Positions 9,008 through 18,544 are shown, counted from the stretch's first letter. The stretch is DNA of 64,000 bases from Thermoprotei archaeon (GCA_003649205.1 QMRC01000003.1:81048-145047); one strand, 5' to 3'. Notes: generated from the letters alone by a model not told the origin. Program-made: numbers and translations.

Positions 9008-10529
9008 CCCTCAGCTTCTTAATCCATTCAAGAGCTTCAATAGCTGGTTTAGCTCTTTCTCTCCAGGGCTGAACATCATCAGCTGTGTATATCGAGACTT
9101 CACCTCCCTGTACACTCACTCCAGCGACCTCACCTTCCAGCAGGGACTCTACCTCCATTCTAGCTAATTGAATCCCCTTGAGTACGTTGAGATCTGGTTT
9201 CCAAAGACCACGTTCAACTGCTTCGAGAAGTCTACGAGTGAGTTCCTCGAAAGCATATGGATTGTTCTCCATGAACCACTTCCTCATACCTTCATCCAGT
9301 ACGTACTTCTCAGCTATTCTATTCCACACTTCGTCAGGTACAGCACGTGTAGTTGCTTGCCACCCATAGAGATGAACTATCTTCTTCATGAGTTCAGCAG
9401 CACCCCTATACCCGTGCTTCTTCATTTCCTCAATCCACCTAGGATTAAGGAGCTTTGCATACACTATCCTTACCAACTCTTCGCTCAGGGTACGGATCTG
9501 AGGTCTTGAGCTATCTCTGGTATCCACTACCAAGTTAAGCGGTTCCTTACCACTAACTACCTTTGTAGTGACGTGGAAACCACCTTGGTAAGCGAAGTAG
9601 CCGCAGCAATTCGTTGGGTCATGTTCATCGCTAACATGGTTGCGTACAACGACCTCTACTCTCGATAGCTGAAGGGTGAGTAAGTGAGGTATGGGTACGC
9701 CGTATCTTTTCCTCGTGTACGCATACATACCCCAGTGAATCCATACCTTAGCTAAGTCGTCTTCGTTCTTCCACGCGGATGCAAAGACTGCATAATTCAC
9801 ACCAGCACCATAGGCACCTGGTGGTGCACACCAAATACGTGCTCTAGCTAGTTCTTCAACATCGATGTTAGGTAGATTGAGTTCTCTCAACCTCTCAATG
9901 AACTCTAGGTAATGCTTCTTCGGGTAGTTCATCTCTAGAGGTTCATCAAGAGTAATAACTTTCTCAATAGCTTCATCTATCAAACTTATGTAATTCGGTA
10001 GATTATCACGGACAATACCACTAATTCTTACAACAACATCAATTCTAGGTCGACCAAGTTCTTCAAGTGGGATAACCTCAATTCCCTTGACAACACCATC
10101 AGAACCCCACACCGGTCTAACTCCAAGTAGATAGAGTATCCTCGATATCTGCTCACCATCAGCCTTATATGCATCGATACTCCATAACACCTCACCTACG
10201 CTCTCAGGGTATCTACCATGTAGCTCAAGAAACTTCTGCAGAAGTTTATTAGCTGATTCAACGCCAACTCTCCAAGCAGCAGGTGTCGGTATCTTTCTCG
10301 GGTCGATGCTGTAGAAGTTCCTTCCAGTAGGTAAGATATCTATTCTACCACGGGTAAGCGACCCAGCTGGACCGGGCTCTACATAGGAGCTACTTAGACC
10401 TTTCTCAATACCTCTAAGCTCGTTATCACCACATTCTCTAATCAACTCAGCAAGTCTAAGAGCTATCTTAAATGCTCGTAGTACACGTTCTCTAGTCTGA
10501 TCATCCTTAAACTCAATCGTCTTCATCAC
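8982..10529 (-). CDS. cobN: CobN/Mg-chelatase large subunit, C-terminal portion
   Basis: 515 aa. ILPTGRNFYSIDPRKIPT, RIDVVVRISGIVRD and NPRWIEEMKKHGYRGAAE are CobN/ChlH C-terminal signatures. It starts 1 nt after the stop of the N-terminal ORF, in a different frame. Confidence 0.8.
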   Translation of the reverse strand: MMKTIEFKDDQTRERVLRAFKIALRLAELIRECGDNELRGIEKGLSSSYVEPGPAGSLTRGRIDILPTGRNFYSIDPRKIPTPAAWRVGVESANKLLQKFLELHGRYPESVGEVLWSIDAYKADGEQISRILYLLGVRPVWGSDGVVKGIEVIPLEELGRPRIDVVVRISGIVRDNLPNYISLIDEAIEKVITLDEPLEMNYPKKHYLEFIERLRELNLPNIDVEELARARIWCAPPGAYGAGVNYAVFASAWKNEDDLAKVWIHWGMYAYTRKRYGVPIPHLLTLQLSRVEVVVRNHVSDEHDPTNCCGYFAYQGGFHVTTKVVSGKEPLNLVVDTRDSSRPQIRTLSEELVRIVYAKLLNPRWIEEMKKHGYRGAAELMKKIVHLYGWQATTRAVPDEVWNRIAEKYVLDEGMRKWFMENNPYAFEELTRRLLEAVERGLWKPDLNVLKGIQLARMEVESLLEGEVAGVSVQGGEVSIYTADDVQPWRERAKPAIEALEWIKKLRGDVSVSGQ

Positions 10530-10530
10530 A

Positions 10531-12867
10531 TCACCTCCTTAGGTACTTTGAACATACCTCATGAAGTATAACCTCAAGAGTTGACCAATCGAGATCAGAG
10601 GACGAAGTACCTACCTCAAGTAACTTCTTCAAAACCTCAACAGCTATCTTATCTAGTAGCTCGAGAACTCTCCTATTAGTGGTACCTAGTACCTTGCAGT
10701 ACTCACTCGGTTTCCTAAGGAGCTCATCATAGTTAAGACCAAGGTACTCAGCTACTGCTCTACGTATTGATGGCCAGCTAGATGTATCATACCTCATAAT
10801 TACGACTACGGTTTCAGCAAGCTCGTCGCTATCAGTTGGTGTCTTACCAAATACATGCAGTCCCTTTTCTACCTGAGTACTCTTAATGAGTTCTAAGTAC
10901 TTATGGAGTTCAGATACGATTTCATCCTCAGGTAAGTCTATCTTGAGAGGAATACCTAGCTTCTTGATCCTGGACACTAGTTCCCTATACAGCTCACTAG
11001 CACGTGATGTATCACTGAATCTACGAGCTCTCTCATACTGTTCCAGTAATTCATCGAGTTCCTGGAGCGCTGAGTCAGTGAACATCATAGGTGGGTACAT
11101 GTGGTCTATAATGATAGCGTAGCCACGTCTCTTAGCTATGACACCCTCCATAGGATTAGTCACGATGTAGATGTAGAGAAATGGTACGTCATCAATCGTT
11201 ATCTCTGGCCAACACATAGGTGATAAGCCAACACCTTTTCCCGGTCTAAACTCGAGAGTGCCGTGCGTACCGAAGTGAATCACTACGTCAGCTCTAAATA
11301 TCCTTGTAATCCATCTGTAGACAGCAAGCCACTGATGTGGTGGAGGAATCCTCGGGTTATGAAGTATCTTACAGACTCTACCATCACAAGCTGAACCTGC
11401 ACACCCAAACTTAGGTTGAGGGATGATGACCACATTACCGAACCTAATTCCAGGAACGATGAACTTACCCTCGTAAACAGCACCAGCAAAAACCCTATCA
11501 ACTTCACCACCTAGGATATCTCTTGGATCCCCCCACTCCTTAATCATCACCTCTCTAACACGTTCAGGTAATTCACTGAACCACCTCATGTACGTATCGA
11601 GATCTACAGAACCAACACAACCACCACGCTTAACAATGTCATCAGGTGAAGTCCATCTAAACTCACTCGTAGCTCTCTTCTCAAGCATCAACTCAATTAA
11701 CTCCTTACCACTCTTCGGAAGCTCACCATCACCTAGGTAGTAACCTAACTCCTTCAACCTATGTAGAAACCTAACCAAACTCTCAGGAACGTCGAGACCC
11801 ATAGCAACACCAATTGTTGCCTCAACTTGCTTACAAGGAGGATTATTGAGAACAATAGCAATTCTCCTTTCACTAGGAGGTTTACGTCGAAGCTCAATCC
11901 ACCTCCTAACTCTCCTAGCAATGTACTTCACGTGTGGAGAGAAAACCTCATAGACTTTACATCCACCAACCTCCCTAGCACCACACAAGAAGATAGGCTC
12001 TCCAATACCATCGACTTCAGGCATAATAACTTCCCATACCTGAGCCATACTGGAAATACCTTGCTCGCTAGCAAGCCACTCCTCAACAGATCTATACGAC
12101 TCCTTAACTACCTTGAGGACAGGAACACCAAGACTCCTAAATACATCCTCACAATCCAAGTAAAAACTGAGGAAGGATAATATCAAATCAACAACAGGTC
12201 TACCATCCACCATAAAGAAGGTACGTACAGTATCAGCTACCGAGGGCTCACCAAGTACACCTAACCTATGGACACCAGGTGTAAAGACAGATACAACACC
12301 TAGCTCCTCATCCTCTAAAGCCTTGATCAACTCCACTACAGGAGCAACATCACCATAGAGCCACCGAGACCTGTAGAATAGGATCCCAACGAGAGGTCTA
12401 GTTGAGTAGGGGTACTGCTCAAGGTACTGCTCTAGATCTGTGAACGTACCTAGCTCAGGATGCCAAATACCATGCCAGGGTACAGGTCTCGGATCAGGAG
12501 GTTCCTTAGGGTACTTACCTAAGATCCAGAGCAGGTACTGTATGAGGTACCTCAGATTCTCAACACCACCATACCTAAAGTACTGAATAGCTCTCTCAAC
12601 CACGTGACTAGGTCCTTTACATAGATGCGAAGTAGCTTCAGAAGCACCAATCACGATGCTACACCTATCAATGATCTTACTCAACAATGGAGGTACTTCA
12701 TATGTATACAGGAACAATACCTCTACGTCTCTTAGCGCATGCTCGGGGATCTCGGTACCGGGAGAGAACACAGCTACGGTGCTACCGAATTCACGAGCAA
12801 GATCACGTAGCACAGAGAGAGCAGGATTGCCGTATCCAATGACAAAGACTAGCGAAGGCATATGCAA
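10531..12867 (-). CDS. cobN: CobN/Mg-chelatase large subunit, N-terminal portion
   Basis: 778 aa. Segments HFGTHGTLEFRPGK and NPMEGVIAKRRGYAIIIDH match the CobN central region. Together with the next ORF it gives about 1290 aa, the usual CobN length. Confidence 0.8.
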   Translation of the reverse strand: MHMPSLVFVIGYGNPALSVLRDLAREFGSTVAVFSPGTEIPEHALRDVEVLFLYTYEVPPLLSKIIDRCSIVIGASEATSHLCKGPSHVVERAIQYFRYGGVENLRYLIQYLLWILGKYPKEPPDPRPVPWHGIWHPELGTFTDLEQYLEQYPYSTRPLVGILFYRSRWLYGDVAPVVELIKALEDEELGVVSVFTPGVHRLGVLGEPSVADTVRTFFMVDGRPVVDLILSFLSFYLDCEDVFRSLGVPVLKVVKESYRSVEEWLASEQGISSMAQVWEVIMPEVDGIGEPIFLCGAREVGGCKVYEVFSPHVKYIARRVRRWIELRRKPPSERRIAIVLNNPPCKQVEATIGVAMGLDVPESLVRFLHRLKELGYYLGDGELPKSGKELIELMLEKRATSEFRWTSPDDIVKRGGCVGSVDLDTYMRWFSELPERVREVMIKEWGDPRDILGGEVDRVFAGAVYEGKFIVPGIRFGNVVIIPQPKFGCAGSACDGRVCKILHNPRIPPPHQWLAVYRWITRIFRADVVIHFGTHGTLEFRPGKGVGLSPMCWPEITIDDVPFLYIYIVTNPMEGVIAKRRGYAIIIDHMYPPMMFTDSALQELDELLEQYERARRFSDTSRASELYRELVSRIKKLGIPLKIDLPEDEIVSELHKYLELIKSTQVEKGLHVFGKTPTDSDELAETVVVIMRYDTSSWPSIRRAVAEYLGLNYDELLRKPSEYCKVLGTTNRRVLELLDKIAVEVLKKLLEVGTSSSDLDWSTLEVILHEVCSKYLRR

Positions 12868-12928
12868 CTAGTAATACTGTTTAACGTAGATAGTATTTAA
12901 CAGTTAGACACAGTAAAAAGAGGTGTAT

Positions 12929-13657
12929 TTACTCAACATATAGCACAAAACCACTACCACCAGTACCTAACCTCTCAGGATACTTCCTACTTAGGTACCT
13001 CACAGCACCTAATCCACTACAGTGAAGTGGGTAAATTTTCTCAACACCTAACTCAACAAGTTTATCAAGACTATACGATGTAGGTGAGTGAAAACCACCA
13101 ATAACAGCCACGGGGATCCCACCTATATCTTTAAGCACCTTCTCAACAATGCGTTCAATACCGGGGTGTGAACAACCACACAGAGTAACCAACTTACCAC
13201 TCCTTACCTTAATGGCAAGAGCTATCTCGTAGAGACCAAAAGCTCCACTAGATAACTCACCTACAACGTAAACTCCATCAGCAATCAGTGTTGTGGAGTG
13301 TACGGGCACTGGAGTGAGACCTAGATTACAGACGTAGTCAAGTAGGTAGCTATGAGCAGGTACGTAGATAGGTCTACCTCGACAGAAGTTAGCAATCGCT
13401 TCAAGACCACCACTATGATCGTAGTGGTCATGGCTAATCACAATAGCATTGAGAGTAGATAAGTCAATACCTAGCTTCTCAGCATTGTACACCAACCTAG
13501 AACCATCAGTATCAGTATCGAATAGAACCCTCACACCTGGGGTCTCAACATAGATTGAAAGACCCCAAGACGTGTAAAGGTCTTCTCGATAGACATTATT
13601 ATCTATCACAACAATTACCTTAACCCAATCTGTATAGGAACGATACATCACAAACAT
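12929..13657 (-). CDS. MBL-fold metallo-hydrolase (COG1237-type, MJ0301-like family)
   Basis: VISHDHYDHSGGL (HxHxDH motif) and CSHPGIERIVE. A paralogue lies at 31439-32170. Confidence 0.7.
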   Translation of the reverse strand: MFVMYRSYTDWVKVIVVIDNNVYREDLYTSWGLSIYVETPGVRVLFDTDTDGSRLVYNAEKLGIDLSTLNAIVISHDHYDHSGGLEAIANFCRGRPIYVPAHSYLLDYVCNLGLTPVPVHSTTLIADGVYVVGELSSGAFGLYEIALAIKVRSGKLVTLCGCSHPGIERIVEKVLKDIGGIPVAVIGGFHSPTSYSLDKLVELGVEKIYPLHCSGLGAVRYLSRKYPERLGTGGSGFVLYVE

Positions 13658-13714
13658 CAGTACCTAAGTGGGTGCTATAAAAATTAGACAAAGCCTAAGG
13701 ACTTGAGAGCAATC

Positions 13715-13739
13715 TCGCTGATGACATCTACATCAGCGA
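13715..13739. repeat. Perfect 9-bp inverted repeat with 7-nt spacer in an intergenic region
   Basis: TCGCTGATG-acatcta-CATCAGCGA read directly. It lies about 60 nt upstream of the MBL gene start. Confidence 0.5.
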
Positions 13740-13809
13740 TCAAGGCTACATCACTTCAAGCAGTCAGGTACACGTCTACCACGTAGTAGGTACCTGTAGG
13801 ATGTAGATG

Positions 13810-13864
13810 AGTCAGCAAACACCACCCTCATCCTTAAGTCAGAGTGTAGGATTCTCATCACGGT
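13810..13864 (-). ncRNA. Candidate C/D box sRNA
   Basis: Minus strand: C GUGAUGA (13861-13855), 12-nt spacer GAAUCCUACACU, D' CUGA (13842-13839), linker CUUA, C' AGGAUGA (13834-13828), 12-nt spacer GGGUGGUGUUUG, D CUGA (13815-13812). Confidence 0.55.
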
Positions 13865-13944
13865 AGAATGAGTAGTTACGCTTAGTGTTCAATGAGTGAG
13901 GTTCGTAAAAAAGATACCTCTGTTCCAGTGATCTATTCTACTCC

Positions 13945-14808
13945 CTATTTTGTGAGGAGTGTGGTTGCTCTCTGTAGTGTTGTTACGAGTAGATCTGCTG
14001 TTGCGCCAAGTATCTCAGGTACCAGGTACATCGTTGTGAAGTTCTTTAGGTATGGCTTCAGTACATCAACTAATTTCGTAGCTATCTGTGGTGGTATTGG
14101 TCTATTCCTCCAGTGCCAATGTATGTGTACCTCAGCTACTCCTGATCTCTGACATAGCTCACTAAGCGTCTCTAGCTCGTACTTAAGGAGATCTATTGCC
14201 TCACCTTCACTTAGGTTGTACCTAATCTGTAGCGCTGTTACTAGTTGTGATATGTCAAGTACTGGAATCACCTTCGTGGGTATGGTATCTACCGTCTTGA
14301 GGAGAAGTGCTAGGTCTGTCAGTGTCGAGATTACCTGTGGTCTCCTCATGGTTGGTGCTCCTGTTCTAGGCTCTATAGCTATAGCTACCTTATCTCCTAA
14401 GCTCTGTACCTGGTTTGCTAGTTCAATCAATGCTTTCTTAAATGCGCTTAGAGGTACGAAGCCTGGATGAAGCTCAATACATACCCTGTACTCCAGCTTA
14501 CACAACTCCTCAGTTAGTGCTTTGATTCTGTTGATGTACTTACTACACTGCTCACTCGATGTCCATGGTGGATTCATGTACTCTGTATGTAGTACGACAG
14601 TGACATCTAGATCCCTAGCTACGTTCCTTAACTCGGTCATGATCTGCGTACAGACCTTAGCTCTCGTATCTACATCAGCCGCTCTATCTAGCGATAGCGG
14701 GTAGAAGATACCACAGCTTCTAGCTCTCAATCTCCTCAATTGTGTTGTGAGTACTGGTACCCTAGCTGTTCTCCAATTCCACAGCGGTAGTACTGGAACA
14801 ACCTGCAT
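13945..14808 (-). CDS. Hypothetical protein, possibly a xylose-isomerase-like TIM barrel
   Basis: 287 aa. Alternating beta-alpha-like pattern with VVLHTEY, CIELHPG, AIAIEP and AEVHIHWHW, weakly reminiscent of the AP_endonuc_2 fold. Not a confident call. Confidence 0.35.
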   Translation of the reverse strand: MQVVPVLPLWNWRTARVPVLTTQLRRLRARSCGIFYPLSLDRAADVDTRAKVCTQIMTELRNVARDLDVTVVLHTEYMNPPWTSSEQCSKYINRIKALTEELCKLEYRVCIELHPGFVPLSAFKKALIELANQVQSLGDKVAIAIEPRTGAPTMRRPQVISTLTDLALLLKTVDTIPTKVIPVLDISQLVTALQIRYNLSEGEAIDLLKYELETLSELCQRSGVAEVHIHWHWRNRPIPPQIATKLVDVLKPYLKNFTTMYLVPEILGATADLLVTTLQRATTLLTK

Positions 14809-14829
14809 GTAGACACCTCTTCAGTACTT

Positions 14830-14847
14830 TAATTTAACTAATTTAAC
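14830..14847 (-). promoter_or_regulatory. Tandem 9-nt AT-rich direct repeat (TAATTTAAC x2) in a promoter position
   Basis: Lies 22-39 nt upstream of the start at 14808. On the minus strand it reads GTTAAATTAGTTAAATTA, which is TATA-like. Confidence 0.3.
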
Positions 14848-15110
14848 TCTGGGTTTTTCCAATTTTCCTAAGGGTCTAAGGTAGCTTGTACGTAGTTTAT
14901 AAGTGTATGTGTTACCTACTCAGTGCTTTCTGCGCTTTTCTCTTACCTTGTTTTCTCTTAAGTAGGATTCCCTGTCTTTTAGCCCAAATGAGTTGCCACT
15001 TGTAGCTCCAGAGCCACCAGAGAATCCACTTCCATCTTCTTCTCCAATGTCTCTTTCCTCTTCTCGTTGGATACCCTATTCTGACCATAGCTATTGGACA
15101 AGGTTATTAT

Positions 15111-15692
15111 GTGGGTGAGTTATCTCTTACTTCGTTGAGAGCCATGGATACGATACTACATAAAGTAATTGAGGAGGGAAGGAGCTTCTTCACCATTGGG
15201 TTCGCTACTGTACTTTATCGCGGTACATACGCTAAGGTACCTATGCTGTTATACTTCGACTTAACTCATGGATTTGTTCAGTCAGTCCTGAAGTTAGTGA
15301 GGAGGTATGGTGGTTGTGATTTAGAAGTTGAGCTGGGATTGTGTAATGAGGTGTTGAGAGTTATCTTGAGAGCACTCAGTATTGGTGAGGAGATTCCACT
15401 AGAACTCTCGTTTAGTGGTTTAGCTAAGTACCGTGATCTAGTTAGGAGGTTGAGGAATTACAGTGAAGCTGTTCTACAGGTGTATTCATTCACTAGTGAT
15501 CGTACGGGGTACTATAGACTAGTTTCATCACTTTCATGTAGTTTCATCGGTGAGGGCTTGATTTACTTTGGTAGAGTTGAGAAGATCTTTGAGGGTGATC
15601 TTGAGAACATGATGATTAGAGAGGTTTGGCCTAGAGAGAGCACGTGGGTTTCAGTTCATGAGCTAAGTAGAAGAGCATTGAGTATACACTAG
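15111..15692 (+). CDS. Hypothetical protein
   Basis: 193 aa ORF with coding-like composition and no recognised motif. Confidence 0.4.
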   Translation: MGELSLTSLRAMDTILHKVIEEGRSFFTIGFATVLYRGTYAKVPMLLYFDLTHGFVQSVLKLVRRYGGCDLEVELGLCNEVLRVILRALSIGEEIPLELSFSGLAKYRDLVRRLRNYSEAVLQVYSFTSDRTGYYRLVSSLSCSFIGEGLIYFGRVEKIFEGDLENMMIREVWPRESTWVSVHELSRRALSIH

Positions 15693-15965
15693 CCGCTAAT
15701 TTTTCTCTCACTCCTGATACGATGTATGATACTTAGTATGCATACTAGCAACTACCTTTCTTGAAGAATTAGGTACTGTCTCCTCAGCATACCCCTCCTA
15801 TGGAGATATAAGCAGTTACTAGTAGGAATGGCACTAAGCCAACTAATACCTCTCAAGACATAACTCAATAATGCTTGACCCATTAACTGGATGGGTAGTG
15901 GATTTCACTTTACGCGATGAAATTAACTAGGTTACTCGAGGGAGGTCAGTAAGTTAGTTATGCTG

Positions 15966-17330
15966 CTACAGTAGCGTCACTACCATGAGCATTGTGTACA
16001 GACATGTCTGAACTACATTCCTTATCGAAACCTTTCTGTACCTTGCACAGGAATTGAGTTCATGAAGATGCTTCTCCACCTTCTTAACCACATTACCTTT
16101 AATTGTACTCGGTACTGTTCTCCCTCTAGTAGTCTCGTACCTAATACATTGATGTAGTAGACCATACTTAAGTGCGGTAGTGTAGAGGTAGTGAACTACG
16201 TAGCTACTGACTATATCAGCAACAGTAGCTGATTCCGTAGAGGTACCATGTGACTTAATCCACTTATCCTGAATCTCTGTATTCACTAAATCGAGAGGTG
16301 TCATGTGGTCAAGAGCTTCGTAGTAAGGATTATCACTCGATACGTACTTTCTCAAGATCTCAAGATTCTTCCTTAAATTCCTCAATTCGAATCTTAACTT
16401 CCTGAGCGAGAGCAAGAATACCTCCCTCCTCGGAATACCAGTGGGTGCTGTATCTGAAATCCTCTCATCAACAACGTACGGAACCTCAGCAACGACCTCA
16501 AGCACATCACCACTAAACCCCTCAATGAAGTCACCACTAGATCCACCGAACTTAAGGACATCTACAGGTACCCTACCGAGAACGCTCTCAACAACATCAC
16601 AGTAATCCCTTGCACGAGGTACCCTATACACCGCAGTATCAAGCTTGATCACGTATGGTGGTCTAAATTCACTGGCGTAGAGAGGAAGCTTGAATCTCTC
16701 AGATATGGCACGTAGATACCTATACAGCTCAGGTGAGTGCCTAGATAGGTAGTACGCAAGACCTCTAAAGAAACAGGAACGAAATTGAAAAATGAACTGT
16801 GGCTTATAGTCATTAACCAACTTCATAATTGCTTCAGTCTCTGGTAATGGCTTACTCCATCTCAATTCCTTATACTCAATAGGGAATGTAGATTCAACAC
16901 ATAGCGACGGGGGAGGAACATAGTGATTAAGAATGAGCTTCTCTACGGAAGACACATCCCTAAACCACTCCTCATTAAACCTAGCACCTAAGGCATCAAC
17001 GACCTTAACGATGATCCACGTAGTATCACTAACCATCCAAACCTCAGGTCTCTTAACCATGTACCAACTCAAGTAATCTAGAGCAAGAGCACTAGCAGGG
17101 TCATCAGGATACACCAAACCAAGAGCAAGAACAACCCTACTACCTCTACCAATCCTAGTAGCTAAAATAGGGTCGCCAGATCTAGAGCAACTCACCTCAA
17201 AAACCTCAACCCTATCACTAAATCTCCTACCCAATTCCCTAGTACTGGAGGTAAGCTCGTCAACAAGTGGAAATCTACTGTATTCAGGAACAGCTTCTAC
17301 ACACTCAACAACTTCACGAACAACCATCAA
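15966..17330 (-). CDS. Hypothetical protein with an M14/AstE-like N-terminal region lacking the usual zinc ligands
   Basis: SGDPILATRIGRGSRVVLALGLVYPDDPAS resembles the segment around G-x-H-G-x-E-P of succinylglutamate desuccinylase/M14-clan enzymes, but reads Y-P-D-D. Confidence 0.4.
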   Translation of the reverse strand: MMVVREVVECVEAVPEYSRFPLVDELTSSTRELGRRFSDRVEVFEVSCSRSGDPILATRIGRGSRVVLALGLVYPDDPASALALDYLSWYMVKRPEVWMVSDTTWIIVKVVDALGARFNEEWFRDVSSVEKLILNHYVPPPSLCVESTFPIEYKELRWSKPLPETEAIMKLVNDYKPQFIFQFRSCFFRGLAYYLSRHSPELYRYLRAISERFKLPLYASEFRPPYVIKLDTAVYRVPRARDYCDVVESVLGRVPVDVLKFGGSSGDFIEGFSGDVLEVVAEVPYVVDERISDTAPTGIPRREVFLLSLRKLRFELRNLRKNLEILRKYVSSDNPYYEALDHMTPLDLVNTEIQDKWIKSHGTSTESATVADIVSSYVVHYLYTTALKYGLLHQCIRYETTRGRTVPSTIKGNVVKKVEKHLHELNSCARYRKVSIRNVVQTCLYTMLMVVTLL

Positions 17331-17403
17331 GCTATGAGTACATTTGAGTACTAAATAAGGTAACTAGTAATTTAGTGAGAACTGGGCTCTTAGATGCTGT
17401 TCC

Positions 17404-18396
17404 TCAGTGAACTGAAGCTAGCTTCTTCAACACATGAATGAATGTAGTGAACAACACCCCTACCACAAACATAGTTAGTGAAGTAGTGAGAGTATACATG
17501 AGTAAGCTCCATGGATCTAGCATCAATGCACGTACTACCTGTGGCACCGCATGAAATATTAGATTGGATGTGAGTAGTGTAAGTAGCATTAGCACTAGGT
17601 ACCACTTTACTCCTCGCATCTGTGCTATAGGTCTGAGGAGGTAAGTAATGACAAGTGGAGGTAGCAGTACTGAGGTAAGTGGTACGTCATAGCGCACGGC
17701 ATGATACACCACATACTCACGTTCAATTCTCCTACCCCCAATCCAGGTAACTGCATGACATAACACAGGTGCTTTATACTTAAATGAAAACTTCACAGGA
17801 CTAGCTATTGGCAAGGTCATGAGGATAGTGAGGAGAACTACAGCGACTATCACCAGAAAGTACTTCCACAATCCATGACCTAAAATCCTCTTAAGGCTAC
17901 CATACTGCATTGTAGGTGATGTAGTAACCTCATAGATCGCTATACCCAGTGAAAATACCACAGTAGAGAGCAGTGTCAGAGTCAAAGCTATACTCTCGTA
18001 ACCATACCTAGTACTCAACCCATATGCTGACAATAGTAGAGATAGACCAATTACAAATATCAGTACGTACCTCATTGATACACCACCTTCATACCTAGGT
18101 ACGAGGTACCTACTCAATATAGTGGTAATACTGTGGTAAGTCCTTAGATCCTGAAGAACTCTAGATAGATCAACCTTCTCAAGTGGACCTACGTAACACC
18201 ATTCCCTACCATGCTTGACATATACGTAGATCTTACCCGATAACTCCTTAAGAACAACACTACCAACTCTACCACACCTAGGACATACACCACGACCAAT
18301 AACACGAGACGACATAAGTAGCTCTGTAGAGAATGCTGAGAGCACTCCTATTAATGGTAACACATGTGGTAAGGGTATTAGTAACTTCAGGTCCAT
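17404..18396 (-). CDS. Polytopic membrane protein with an N-terminal CxxC zinc-ribbon-like segment
   Basis: CPRCGRVGSVVLKELSGKIYVYVKHGREWCYVG followed by about 7 hydrophobic segments. The more likely start is ATG at 18315 (MSSRVIGRG...). Confidence 0.5.
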   Translation of the reverse strand: MDLKLLIPLPHVLPLIGVLSAFSTELLMSSRVIGRGVCPRCGRVGSVVLKELSGKIYVYVKHGREWCYVGPLEKVDLSRVLQDLRTYHSITTILSRYLVPRYEGGVSMRYVLIFVIGLSLLLSAYGLSTRYGYESIALTLTLLSTVVFSLGIAIYEVTTSPTMQYGSLKRILGHGLWKYFLVIVAVVLLTILMTLPIASPVKFSFKYKAPVLCHAVTWIGGRRIEREYVVYHAVRYDVPLTSVLLPPLVITYLLRPIAQMRGVKWYLVLMLLTLLTSNLIFHAVPQVVRALMLDPWSLLMYTLTTSLTMFVVGVLFTTFIHVLKKLASVH

Positions 18397-18544
18397 TATT
18401 CACCCTACTACATGGGTAGTACCTCGTTTGAAGAGGTAATAGACTACCTGGTAAGCAAGTAGTTCTAGTACTGCTACTCATTGAACTCCTCCTACTACCA
18501 CTTATGCACTAAGAGAATACTCATCATCTGCAGGGACCTACTCA

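Noticed and set aside
13945-14808. UV damage endonuclease (UvdE) assignment
   Set aside because: Only a vague TIM-barrel-like pattern is present. The sequence does not follow the UvdE motifs as I recall them, so it is left as hypothetical.
15734-15747. Perfect 14-nt palindrome TAGTATGCATACTA between convergent genes
   Set aside because: It has no loop, so it is unlikely to form an RNA hairpin. It occurs once, and a palindrome this short in AT-rich spacer DNA could arise by chance. Noted only.
18505-18530. AUGAUGA C-box-like string on the minus strand (GCAGATGATGAGT)
   Set aside because: No CUGA D or D' box occurs at 12-nt spacing or anywhere within about 70 nt downstream.
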